From a virus (lineage: Duplodnaviria > Heunggongvirae > Uroviricota > Caudoviricetes): a DNA stretch of 64,000 nt. Below are positions 45,448 to 53,923 of this stretch, in pieces (the first letter of the stretch is position 1; each line of letters starts with the position of its first letter). The notes beneath the pieces are model-generated. The model saw only the letters and a list, made by a program, of their open reading frames with translations, had not been told where the DNA came from and ran no database searches. The position numbers were made by a program, and so were the translations under genes. The DNA lies in the IMG/VR virus record IMGVR_UViG_3300031952_000006. One strand, 5' to 3'.

Positions 45448-45617
45448 CTGTTTATAAGCAGCGCCTCCATCAGAGTAGAGCTACAAGCAAATTTTCCAAG
45501 TTCGAATCTTGGAATCGCCGCAGGGCGATTTGGCCGATTGGATAAGGCAAAAGACTTGAAATCTTTGATATAGCACAAACGCTCTACTCAACTCGAGGCA
45601 CTGCTTATACACAGCTA
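45445..45617 (+). ncRNA. Y-RNA-like element: long bipartite closing stem plus circularly permuted tRNA-like module, immediately upstream of Ro60 gene
   Basis: The 21-nt arms 45445-65 and 45597-617 are complementary with 2 mismatches. A second helix AGAGTAGAGC / GCTCTACTC follows. The enclosed hairpins run in the order T-arm (CCAAG-TTCGAAT-CTTGG), acceptor-like (AATCGCC-GCAG-GGCGATT), D-like (GCC-GATTGGATAA-GGC), anticodon-like (AAAGA-CTTGAAA-TCTTT). Ends 14 nt before the Ro60 start codon. Confidence 0.5.
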
Positions 45618-45631
45618 TAAGGAGAATTATT

Positions 45632-47233
45632 ATGCAAGAACCAACACTATCCTATCTCTCTAATGAAGATCGTCTGAAAGCCTACAATGCCATCGTTGGA
45701 GGGTGCGAACACGTATACTCAAAAGGAAAACTACAGCATGAGAAACTTGCTGGAGTACTTAGCATATTCATTCAGCTTGCAGAGCATGATCCATACTTTC
45801 TTGCTCACTTTGCTTCATATGCTGTTAAGAACCTTGAAAGTAAAGACTTGAAGGTCATAGCTGCATTTGCAAACTCACTGTCTGATGCAGATGGTACTCC
45901 CTTCATCACCGGAAAGGATGCTCAAGGAAAACCTATCTATAGTCCGACATACAAGAAACCAAATCTTCGGTTGGTGTCACAAGCTGCTGTTCAGGAGTTC
46001 GATCCTAAGCTGGTGAATCGTATTATCGAAATTGCCAACTTAAAGCAATCGATCGGAACCAGAAGAGAGGCAACACACTTTGCCAATTCTTTAAAAACCG
46101 CTATCAAGAAATGGGTACGCTTTCGTGAACAAAATCCGAAGGCTCTTGAAGGTATGAAGAAATCAGGTTTCGCACCAACCTTCAAAAACATTTACCGGAT
46201 GATGCACATGAAACCAAGCCAGGAAGCTGCAGAGATTCTCGGTTGGAGACAGGGCAGCACAAAGAAAGGAAACGTTGAGAAGATTGAAAAAAGAAATCTC
46301 ATAGATTTCAAAGGGCTTACTGACATTCAAATTGCTCAGAAAATTCGTGATGAGAAGATCCCAGTCTTAGGCGCTATGGGAGCTCTACCTTCTAAGATAT
46401 CTCCCGTCATTGCTGCAGCTGTCCTTGAGCAAGCATCAGGAAACCAAGCAGTCATTCTCAGAAATCTGTTTGATAGTCAGGGTCTGCTTAAAGATAAAGA
46501 AGTAATGAGGGTCTTCACTGAAAAGATTCAGACTGCCAAAACAGCACTGGATAGGGTTGAAAAACTCAACACCGAAGTCGATGAAGAAGTTCAAAAAGTT
46601 CTGAAGACAGCTAAAGCTGATAAGCGTAAAAAGGATGTCGGAAATGTTGGACGTGCCTATATCCATATTGACATCAGCGGCAGCATGACCGGTGCTATCG
46701 AATTCGCCAAGAACAATGGTGCAATCATTGCTGAGTGTATTGAGAATCCTGCAGAGAACTTCTTCTGGGGAGCATTCAATACCAATGGATATTCTTTGTC
46801 TAAACCGGCATCATTTGAAAAAGATGCATTCATGGCTTCTCTGTATGGTCTCAATGCTGGTGGCGGAACAAACTGCCTTGCTTGCTACAGCGATGCTCGA
46901 AAGAACAACTGTGATATTGATATCTACATCACCGACCAAGAGCATATGGGAGAGCCTATTGACCAGCTCATTCTTAAATATGATGCGCAGGGATTCTCCC
47001 GGCCAAAAGCTGTCGTCGTTGTTGACTTTTCGAATGGAAGAAGCAATGGATCTTTTAAAGATCATCTTGAAAGAGTAGGGATTCCTGTTTCTGTTATAAA
47101 ACCGCAAGCACTGACAGAAAGTGCGCTGGTCTCTCAGGCAATTAAGACTGCTTTGAAGGGAGCTACTGCAGTTATTGATGAAATCATGAATACCCCGTTA
47201 CTCAAACTTCCAGCATACTGGGAAGCAGTGTAA
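45632..47233 (+). CDS. rsr: Ro60/Rsr orthologue (TROVE-like helical N-terminal region + C-terminal vWA domain)
   Basis: 533 aa. N-terminal ~340 aa helical repeats. C-terminal vWA with MIDAS DISGSM...T...ITDQE. Co-located with the Y-RNA-like element. AAGGAGA SD. Confidence 0.6.
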   Translation: MQEPTLSYLSNEDRLKAYNAIVGGCEHVYSKGKLQHEKLAGVLSIFIQLAEHDPYFLAHFASYAVKNLESKDLKVIAAFANSLSDADGTPFITGKDAQGKPIYSPTYKKPNLRLVSQAAVQEFDPKLVNRIIEIANLKQSIGTRREATHFANSLKTAIKKWVRFREQNPKALEGMKKSGFAPTFKNIYRMMHMKPSQEAAEILGWRQGSTKKGNVEKIEKRNLIDFKGLTDIQIAQKIRDEKIPVLGAMGALPSKISPVIAAAVLEQASGNQAVILRNLFDSQGLLKDKEVMRVFTEKIQTAKTALDRVEKLNTEVDEEVQKVLKTAKADKRKKDVGNVGRAYIHIDISGSMTGAIEFAKNNGAIIAECIENPAENFFWGAFNTNGYSLSKPASFEKDAFMASLYGLNAGGGTNCLACYSDARKNNCDIDIYITDQEHMGEPIDQLILKYDAQGFSRPKAVVVVDFSNGRSNGSFKDHLERVGIPVSVIKPQALTESALVSQAIKTALKGATAVIDEIMNTPLLKLPAYWEAV

Positions 47234-47234
47234 T

Positions 47235-47432
47235 ATGATTCGTGTAGGCGATATCTTACGAGGCTTTTGTTTTGGTTACTTTGGCAGAGATTCATTCGAT
47301 GATAAAATCGTAGAAGCGATGGGACCAGACTGGATCGTAGCCAGAGAAATAAACACAGGCATTGTAAGACTCGCTATACGAAATCATTCAGAGAGCTGGG
47401 AAAGTATTGAAAAGTCAATGAAAGGAGAATAA
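47235..47432 (+). CDS. hypothetical protein (65 aa)
   Basis: ORF immediately after the Ro60 stop. Confidence 0.35.
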   Translation: MIRVGDILRGFCFGYFGRDSFDDKIVEAMGPDWIVAREINTGIVRLAIRNHSESWESIEKSMKGE

Positions 47433-47433
47433 T

Positions 47434-47682
47434 ATGAAATTTGAAATTCAGCTTTTTAAATATCTTGGTATTGCTGTAGTCGGAGCAGCCTACTTCGGTG
47501 TCGGCATACCACTGCTTATCTCAGCAAATAATGATTTCCTGGCCTCTGCCGGAATAATTCTGATGTTATTGGGTATTGCTGGAATGATACTCTTCGTACG
47601 AAGAGAGGTTTTATTATATATGGATAAAAAAGGAGATGAAAAAGATGGATCAAAACATGAAACAAATGGTGGTACTCATTAG
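47434..47682 (+). CDS. small two-TM membrane protein (possible partner of the SPFH protein)
   Basis: AAAGGAGAATAATATG SD. Two TM helices. Confidence 0.4.
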   Translation: MKFEIQLFKYLGIAVVGAAYFGVGIPLLISANNDFLASAGIILMLLGIAGMILFVRREVLLYMDKKGDEKDGSKHETNGGTH

Positions 47683-48517
47683 TATTACTATTGTCGTTGC
47701 CATTGGAGGAATTTACGGCTGTTCTAGCTGTAAGAAAGTTCCTGCCGGTTATGTTGGCGTTAAGGTGTATTTGCTTGGTGGATCTAAAGGTGTTGATTCT
47801 GAAAAGCTCGGTGTTGGTCGGCACTTTATCGGAATGAATGAAGAATTGTATTTGTTTCCTACATTCAAGCAAAACTATGTATGGACCAAGTCAACCGACG
47901 AAGGAAGAGCACAAGACGAAAGTATAACTTTTCAAACTAAAGAAGGTCTTGAGATTGGAGCTGATGTCGGAATAACCTATTCAGTTGACCCTACAAAAGT
48001 TGATATTGTGTTTCAAAAATATCGCAAGGGTATTGAAGAAATTACCGACATATTTCTACGAAATAGAGTTCGGGATACATTCAACCTTGTTGCATCTCAA
48101 TATGATGTTGAATCTGCCTATGGTGAAGGAAAATCAAAAATGATTGAAGAAGTAAACACAACTCTCAAGGGAGAGCTTGAAAAAGAAGGTATCCTCATAG
48201 AGCGTGTTTATCTTATTGGTAAATTTCGATTACCTGAAGCAGTTACGACTGCCCTCAATGCTAAAATAGAAGCAACACAGAAGGCTCAACAATCTGAAAA
48301 TGAACTTCGTCAGGCAGAAGCAGAGGCAAAGAAAACTGTTGCATCTGCACGAGCGGAAGCAGAGGCAATTCGATTGAAACAACAATCACTTACGCCCCTT
48401 TTAGTTAAAATGCGATGGATTGAAGCGTGGGAGAAAGGTGGATCGAAGATGCCAATGGTTGTTGGCGGTAGTGGTAGTATTTTGAACATTCAGGATGTTT
48501 TAAAAGCTGGAGAATAA
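47636..48517 (+). CDS. SPFH/band-7 (stomatin/prohibitin-like) protein
   Basis: N-terminal TM helix, SPFH core, and a C-terminal coiled coil rich in A/E/Q (KAQQSENELRQAEAEAKKTVASARAEAEAIR). The true start may be a downstream Met (about 47657-47666). Confidence 0.6.
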   Translation: MKKMDQNMKQMVVLISITIVVAIGGIYGCSSCKKVPAGYVGVKVYLLGGSKGVDSEKLGVGRHFIGMNEELYLFPTFKQNYVWTKSTDEGRAQDESITFQTKEGLEIGADVGITYSVDPTKVDIVFQKYRKGIEEITDIFLRNRVRDTFNLVASQYDVESAYGEGKSKMIEEVNTTLKGELEKEGILIERVYLIGKFRLPEAVTTALNAKIEATQKAQQSENELRQAEAEAKKTVASARAEAEAIRLKQQSLTPLLVKMRWIEAWEKGGSKMPMVVGGSGSILNIQDVLKAGE

Positions 48518-48572
48518 GGAGTAGATAAGATACCCTTGTTTATTTAAGGGTATCTTACAACATTACAATAAA

Positions 48573-48758
48573 ATGAAAATTACAAATGATTGCATGGCCT
48601 GCGGTTCTTGTGAAGAACTTTGCCCCAATGAAGCGATACACCCTAAAAATTCAGGTAACAACTACAGCAGAATGGATATTGATGAAAAAAAATGTAGCAA
48701 CTGCGGAACGTGCTTAGAACAAGCCAGTTGTCCTGGGGATGCTATCACAGAGGATTAA
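48573..48758 (+). CDS. 2x[4Fe-4S] ferredoxin-like protein (61 aa)
   Basis: CMACGSCEELCP and CSNCGTCLEQASCP. Confidence 0.6.
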   Translation: MKITNDCMACGSCEELCPNEAIHPKNSGNNYSRMDIDEKKCSNCGTCLEQASCPGDAITED

Positions 48759-49074
48759 CATGAAAGATGATATAGAATTCACAGCCTGGATAGAATATTT
48801 TCCTAACTGTGCTGTACATGATGACGGTGTATTTAAAGAAGTGCATAAGTTTAAAAATATTGAAGAAGTTAAACAATACGCACTTAAGAGTATAAATGAA
48901 TTTCATATAATCGAACTTCGCTCTCTTAAATCAAAAGATAATTATACTATTGAATATGTACCCGATAGCCATATGTATGTTGGAATAATATTAAGAAAAA
49001 ATAATGAAATAATAGCCAGAGCAATCGAAGACGAAGATATAAATCTTGTATGGAGAAGCATCGATGATAACTAA
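48739..49074 (+). CDS. hypothetical protein (111 aa)
   Basis: ORF. Confidence 0.4.
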   Translation: MLSQRINMKDDIEFTAWIEYFPNCAVHDDGVFKEVHKFKNIEEVKQYALKSINEFHIIELRSLKSKDNYTIEYVPDSHMYVGIILRKNNEIIARAIEDEDINLVWRSIDDN

Positions 49075-49267
49075 TCAAAAACTTATAGAGAAGATAGCAA
49101 AATTTCAAGGCAATTCACGCATGCATTCATTAACGTGTGGAACGTGTAGTGAAGAACTCATCGGAAAGGAAGTTGATGGAGTAGTTATACTTGCTTGTGA
49201 GAAGTGTGACTACACACAAAAATTGCATGATAACCTAATAAAAGTAATCTGTCATTTTGCGGAGTAA
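49046..49267 (+). CDS. zinc-ribbon protein (73 aa)
   Basis: CGTCSEEL...CEKCDY. Confidence 0.4.
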   Translation: MYGEASMITNQKLIEKIAKFQGNSRMHSLTCGTCSEELIGKEVDGVVILACEKCDYTQKLHDNLIKVICHFAE

Positions 49268-49279
49268 TTAAATAATTAG

Positions 49280-49864
49280 TTGGGGGATATTATGACAAAA
49301 AGCATTAAAGAAAAGAAAGGTGTACCTGCTGCATCAAAACAACAGGAATCTCTCATTGACCATCTTACAGAGGTTCTCTATGAGAAAACCAATACCTGGG
49401 GAAACAAATACGGACTTTATAAAAAGGATTCACGGGAATCAGAAAGTACTAAATACTCAAAGAAAGCACTGCTGCTTGCGAAAGCAATTGATGGGCACGG
49501 CTGGGGAGGACATGATTCTTATCTTAGGGAAGCATTTGAAATTGCCATTGATGAAAAATTACCACCTTCAAAAAAAAAGAAATCAGTCGCTATAACGTAT
49601 GAATTAGGTGTTGTTGTAGTACCACTAAGTGATCCCAACGAGCACAACTACGCTATCGGGGAGTCTCTTCTAATTGTAAAATCTGATGGCAGAGGCGCTA
49701 ATGCAAGTTCTGAATCTGTAGGCAGGACCCTGCCAAATAATTCTTTAACAGCAATACGTCCTGCAACAAAAAATGAAATACAACAGTTGCTTGAAGATAT
49801 GCTACAACACAAAGGAAAAAGCTTTAATACCGTCATAGCATCATTCTTTTTAGAAAGTCTTTAG
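49280..49864 (+). CDS. hypothetical protein (194 aa)
   Basis: GGGGGATATTATG SD. Confidence 0.4.
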   Translation: MGDIMTKSIKEKKGVPAASKQQESLIDHLTEVLYEKTNTWGNKYGLYKKDSRESESTKYSKKALLLAKAIDGHGWGGHDSYLREAFEIAIDEKLPPSKKKKSVAITYELGVVVVPLSDPNEHNYAIGESLLIVKSDGRGANASSESVGRTLPNNSLTAIRPATKNEIQQLLEDMLQHKGKSFNTVIASFFLESL

Positions 49865-49875
49865 AGAGGTAATAC

Positions 49876-50904
49876 ATGACTTATTTGACAAGTACAACGG
49901 GGACACTTACTGGAATAAGTTCATTCAATGATGCTACTGCAACGGGAAATTGGATTACTTATGACAATACAACAACAATAAATATAACTTCTGCTACAAA
50001 TATTTATTACAATCCTACTCAGTACAATCAATACATAACTAATGGTGGAACAGCAATCAATTTTGGCATTGTTCAAGACAAGAAAGTTATTCATCCTCAA
50101 TTATATTTTAAATTTGTTAAATCCGAGATGACCAAGCTTGAACAAAAAGAAATGACAGAACGCCTCTTCAAACTACAAACCTTGGTAAAGCAAGCTGAAG
50201 ACCTTGGGCAGAAAGCGCTATATGAAGACTTCGCTCGTAAGATTGCAATTACAGTTCGTGAACAGGAAATAAATGTCTGTGGAATTGAATACATCGTTAG
50301 CAAAGGCTCTGTGGATAAATATAAAGACAAAGTAAAAGATGTTGATATAAAGTTCAGCAAGCTTGAGGAATATTCTCGACCAATACCGACCAATGTTAAG
50401 AAACGCTTGGACAAGTTTAAGAAGCTCATGATGTTTGATAATTACATGGTGCTGTACCTTGATTATAAAGAGAAAATTGATATAGATAACAAAAAGAAAG
50501 CTGTTGCTGAACCGAAGACCAATAAACAAAAGATAAAGGAAAAAGATCCGATTCTGTTTGGAACTCTTGATTATGAACCAGATAAGCTCTACTTCATTGC
50601 CGACTGGATTGATGAATACTGTGATCTTACTCTTGATAAATTCGTACAAACGATTAAAAAGAATGATCCTGAGTACGAACTCGATGGCATTGACGAACTC
50701 GATGAAGAATATATTCAGAGAATGGTTAAAGAATCAAGAGAACGATTTGTTAGGTTGAAAGAAACTGATCCTGGAACGTATAAGAAACTCATGGTAGATG
50801 AAGATATGTCGTATCTTAAAAAACTTGAGAAAAAAGAATCGCAGGAACAAAAGAAAACATTAAGGGAAATAATATCACAAAGATTAAAAAAAGGTGATAA
50901 ATGA
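49876..50904 (+). CDS. hypothetical protein with T/N-rich N-terminus and K/E-rich coiled-coil C-terminus (342 aa)
   Basis: AGAGAGG SD. Confidence 0.4.
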   Translation: MTYLTSTTGTLTGISSFNDATATGNWITYDNTTTINITSATNIYYNPTQYNQYITNGGTAINFGIVQDKKVIHPQLYFKFVKSEMTKLEQKEMTERLFKLQTLVKQAEDLGQKALYEDFARKIAITVREQEINVCGIEYIVSKGSVDKYKDKVKDVDIKFSKLEEYSRPIPTNVKKRLDKFKKLMMFDNYMVLYLDYKEKIDIDNKKKAVAEPKTNKQKIKEKDPILFGTLDYEPDKLYFIADWIDEYCDLTLDKFVQTIKKNDPEYELDGIDELDEEYIQRMVKESRERFVRLKETDPGTYKKLMVDEDMSYLKKLEKKESQEQKKTLREIISQRLKKGDK

Positions 50905-51488
50905 ATATTGTAAGATTTGAAAATTTAAACCTTCTCAGTATTGGAAATACAGTACAAATTTCTGGTATGATTTGGTCAGGTGAAGGAATAAATTACCTAT
51001 GCTACCTCCCCGATGAGTTTAATCCAGAATATGATACTGTGCTTATGCCACTGACACTGGAAGAATGGAACGAACTGGTTCGCCAGTCTGATATCATGGA
51101 AACAGAAATCCTTGCAAAGGATACTGACGGAAATCTTGTAAAAACTATCCTGAGAAAATCTACCAGACAGATCGATCAAACTATTCAATGGAAAGTATTT
51201 CACAGAGATAATTACACATGTCGCTATTGTGGAAAAACGGGTATACCTCTCAGCGTAGATCATGTTGTTCTATGGGAAGAAGGTGGTCCATCTACCGAAG
51301 AAAATCTTATTACTGCATGTAAAAAATGCAATAAAACTAGGGGTAGTCAACAATATCCTAATTGGTTGATAAGTGAATATTATTTTAAAGTATCAAGAAA
51401 CATCAATGAGGAAACTCGTAAAAAGAATGCTGCGATTATTCAAACTCTGTATTCAATTCCAATAAGGATACATATGAAATCAAGATAA
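50901..51488 (+). CDS. HNH endonuclease
   Basis: HRDNYTCRYCGKTGIPLSVDHVVLWEEGGPSTEENLITACKKCNKTRG. ATGA-coupled. Confidence 0.7.
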   Translation: MNIVRFENLNLLSIGNTVQISGMIWSGEGINYLCYLPDEFNPEYDTVLMPLTLEEWNELVRQSDIMETEILAKDTDGNLVKTILRKSTRQIDQTIQWKVFHRDNYTCRYCGKTGIPLSVDHVVLWEEGGPSTEENLITACKKCNKTRGSQQYPNWLISEYYFKVSRNINEETRKKNAAIIQTLYSIPIRIHMKSR

Positions 51489-51499
51489 GAGGAAAAACA

Positions 51500-51706
51500 A
51501 TGGGCGATTCAAATAAACCATGCCCAGTGTGTAAAGGTAAAGATGTGCTAATCGAAACCTACACCATAGAAAAATTCAAGTATTGTCGAATAGTATGTGT
51601 CAACTCCTGCCGAAAGGGAAATTGGTGCAAAAGCGCTGCTCGGGCATTAAAAGCCTGGGATGATAGAAAATGGTCAAAAACAGATGAACCGGGGTTACAT
51701 ACATGA
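51500..51706 (+). CDS. Cys-rich small protein (68 aa)
   Basis: CPVCKGK...CVNSCRKGNWC. Confidence 0.35.
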   Translation: MGDSNKPCPVCKGKDVLIETYTIEKFKYCRIVCVNSCRKGNWCKSAARALKAWDDRKWSKTDEPGLHT

Positions 51707-52539
51707 TTGATTTTGAAAAATTTACAATGGTTCAAACATTTATTGCACCCGTACTGAATCACAAGTGCCAATGCAATCGAAAGAAGTATACTGTTGAATC
51801 TGAGGATGGGTGGTATCGCATTACGGCTAAGGGGAACTTTATAGTGGAACGCATTCCTATTTCTGCTGAAATGGAAAGTTTTCCTGCCAAGAATATTATA
51901 AAGGGGTATACCTACGGCAATCAAATAGTATTTCAAAACTTTGATGTTGCCAAACGAAAAGCTGGAACTGATATGATGGCTCCTTTGGAGTTTAATCAAT
52001 CTGCAACATTTTCTTCAATAGAAGCAATCATTTGGGAAGATAAGCATATCTATTACTATCGTCCCAACTATGCAGATGTGGCAATCTATGAGGTTAAATC
52101 TCACTTTGACTCTGAAGAAGATATTCATACTGCTAAAGGTGTATCTCCTGAACTGAGAACACTATATCTCTTTCATGACATAGAACGCCAGCAGCTGCAA
52201 GAACTACAAAAAGCCATTCAACGAAAAGAAGAACAAAAGCAACGTGAAAAAGAACTGGAACAATTCAAACAAACCCTCCAGGGAAGATTGATTACAACAT
52301 TTAATCGCGCAGGGGCTCAAGTATTAAGTTACTCAGTATTACGAGATACTATTACTGTTGATTGGAAGCTTCTGGGATCAAACCAAGAGTTTAATTCAAT
52401 AATAGAACTTGAGACATTCAAAGTTCGAGAAGCTGGTTATTGCCTCAGCGGACATGATAAAGAACATACTGCACAGTCTATGGTAATGCTCGCTCAGGAT
52501 TACGAAGAGAGAGGATTAATCTACAAGACTCGGTATTAA
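51703..52539 (+). CDS. hypothetical protein (278 aa)
   Basis: ORF, ATGA-coupled. Confidence 0.4.
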   Translation: MIDFEKFTMVQTFIAPVLNHKCQCNRKKYTVESEDGWYRITAKGNFIVERIPISAEMESFPAKNIIKGYTYGNQIVFQNFDVAKRKAGTDMMAPLEFNQSATFSSIEAIIWEDKHIYYYRPNYADVAIYEVKSHFDSEEDIHTAKGVSPELRTLYLFHDIERQQLQELQKAIQRKEEQKQREKELEQFKQTLQGRLITTFNRAGAQVLSYSVLRDTITVDWKLLGSNQEFNSIIELETFKVREAGYCLSGHDKEHTAQSMVMLAQDYEERGLIYKTRY

Positions 52540-52565
52540 AATCTATTAAAAAGCATTAAAAAAGG

Positions 52566-52594
52566 TTGACTAACATTGCTATGCAACGTATATT
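52566..52594 (+). promoter_or_regulatory. sigma70-like promoter (TTGACT-17-TATATT)
   Basis: -35 at 52566-71, -10 at 52589-94. Positioned ~20 nt before the RHH gene. Confidence 0.4.
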
Positions 52595-52614
52595 GTATAT
52601 AAAAGAGGTATTGT

Positions 52615-52773
52615 ATGGAGAAAACAGAGCAAATAGGCGTACGCATTTCAAAGGAGATGAAAGATCAGCTTAAAAAATTAGCTGATTTGGAAAATAGAAC
52701 ACTTTCTGGCTACATAGAAACCATTCTTAAAAACACAGTACTTGAAAACACGAAAAAGAAAAAAATGAAATAA
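52615..52773 (+). CDS. ribbon-helix-helix (CopG/Arc-like) regulator (52 aa; below ORF-track cutoff)
   Basis: AGAGG SD. IGVRISKEMKDQLKKLADLENRTLSGYIETIL. Confidence 0.45.
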   Translation: MEKTEQIGVRISKEMKDQLKKLADLENRTLSGYIETILKNTVLENTKKKKMK

Positions 52774-52780
52774 TAAAATA

Positions 52781-53908
52781 ATGTCAGAATATTATAACAA
52801 AATACATTTTGAAACATATGAAGAATCATCAAAGATGATACATGCATACGTGCAACTTCCTATGATACCCTTCTACGAAATTATCGATACTCTCAATGAA
52901 CAATTAAAGAGTAAGTATACAGCATTTCCGTATGACAGTGCATGCAGCGCTTATGCAGAACATGTATTTGATAAACTCAAAAAGCATACAAGTGCTGCTA
53001 AAGGTGGTATTAATGAACTACGTTCCCGTTTTTGGGATATCTATATGCCTTATATGTTTTACAAATCAGGTAAGAAAGTATTCAGACCAACAAAAGAATT
53101 GGTACACATGCTGGTTGATACCGAATTAAAGAATCTTGATGCTTTTTTTGTGCAATCACCATTCAAATGCATTTTCATTGCAATACCATCCGAAGTAAAA
53201 CTAATGAATCCGTTCAATCTACCAATTGATGGATTATACATAGCAGTATTTAACAAAGATGAGATACACTTCGATGGATTCTCTGAAGAATTTCAAAAGT
53301 ATGAAAAATATAAAAATAGTAAAAATGTTGTTATCTGTGCCGTCAGTGATATTGTACTACCTTTAGATGATCCTCGAGAGACAATGTATTATTGGAACAT
53401 AGCATTACGTGACGGTGATTTATTTGAACAAATAGATGTCATACTTGAAAGGTATGATAAAGAATATCAAAAGAAAGAATATGATTACTGCAACAAAGCC
53501 TATGATAGAACATTTCTAGAAAACATTTTATCGTTTTCAATTAATACGCTACTATATATCAACTCAAAAGACCCAAAAGAATTTGGGATCACTCCTATTA
53601 AAAAGGCAAACGTACAAAATTTAAAAAACAAAGCAAAAATACGAAAAGCCCAAAAGAAAACTCAAATACCGTATTATACCATAGGTCAAAACATTACTAT
53701 TGATCACTCATATAAGAATGTCATAAAAATGTATGAACCTGAGTTATCTCATCAGAGAAAGCTTTCAGGTAAATGGATTGTTCGGGGTCACTGGCGTAGT
53801 CAAGCCCACGGAAAAGAATTCAAAGAAAGAAAGATTATCTGGATTCAGCCATATGCCAAAGGGGAGGAGTTTGCAGAAATTATTGAGAAAGAATACGTAG
53901 TAAAATAA
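52781..53908 (+). CDS. hypothetical protein (375 aa)
   Basis: ORF. Confidence 0.4.
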   Translation: MSEYYNKIHFETYEESSKMIHAYVQLPMIPFYEIIDTLNEQLKSKYTAFPYDSACSAYAEHVFDKLKKHTSAAKGGINELRSRFWDIYMPYMFYKSGKKVFRPTKELVHMLVDTELKNLDAFFVQSPFKCIFIAIPSEVKLMNPFNLPIDGLYIAVFNKDEIHFDGFSEEFQKYEKYKNSKNVVICAVSDIVLPLDDPRETMYYWNIALRDGDLFEQIDVILERYDKEYQKKEYDYCNKAYDRTFLENILSFSINTLLYINSKDPKEFGITPIKKANVQNLKNKAKIRKAQKKTQIPYYTIGQNITIDHSYKNVIKMYEPELSHQRKLSGKWIVRGHWRSQAHGKEFKERKIIWIQPYAKGEEFAEIIEKEYVVK

Positions 53909-53923
53909 AAGGACATAAATAAA

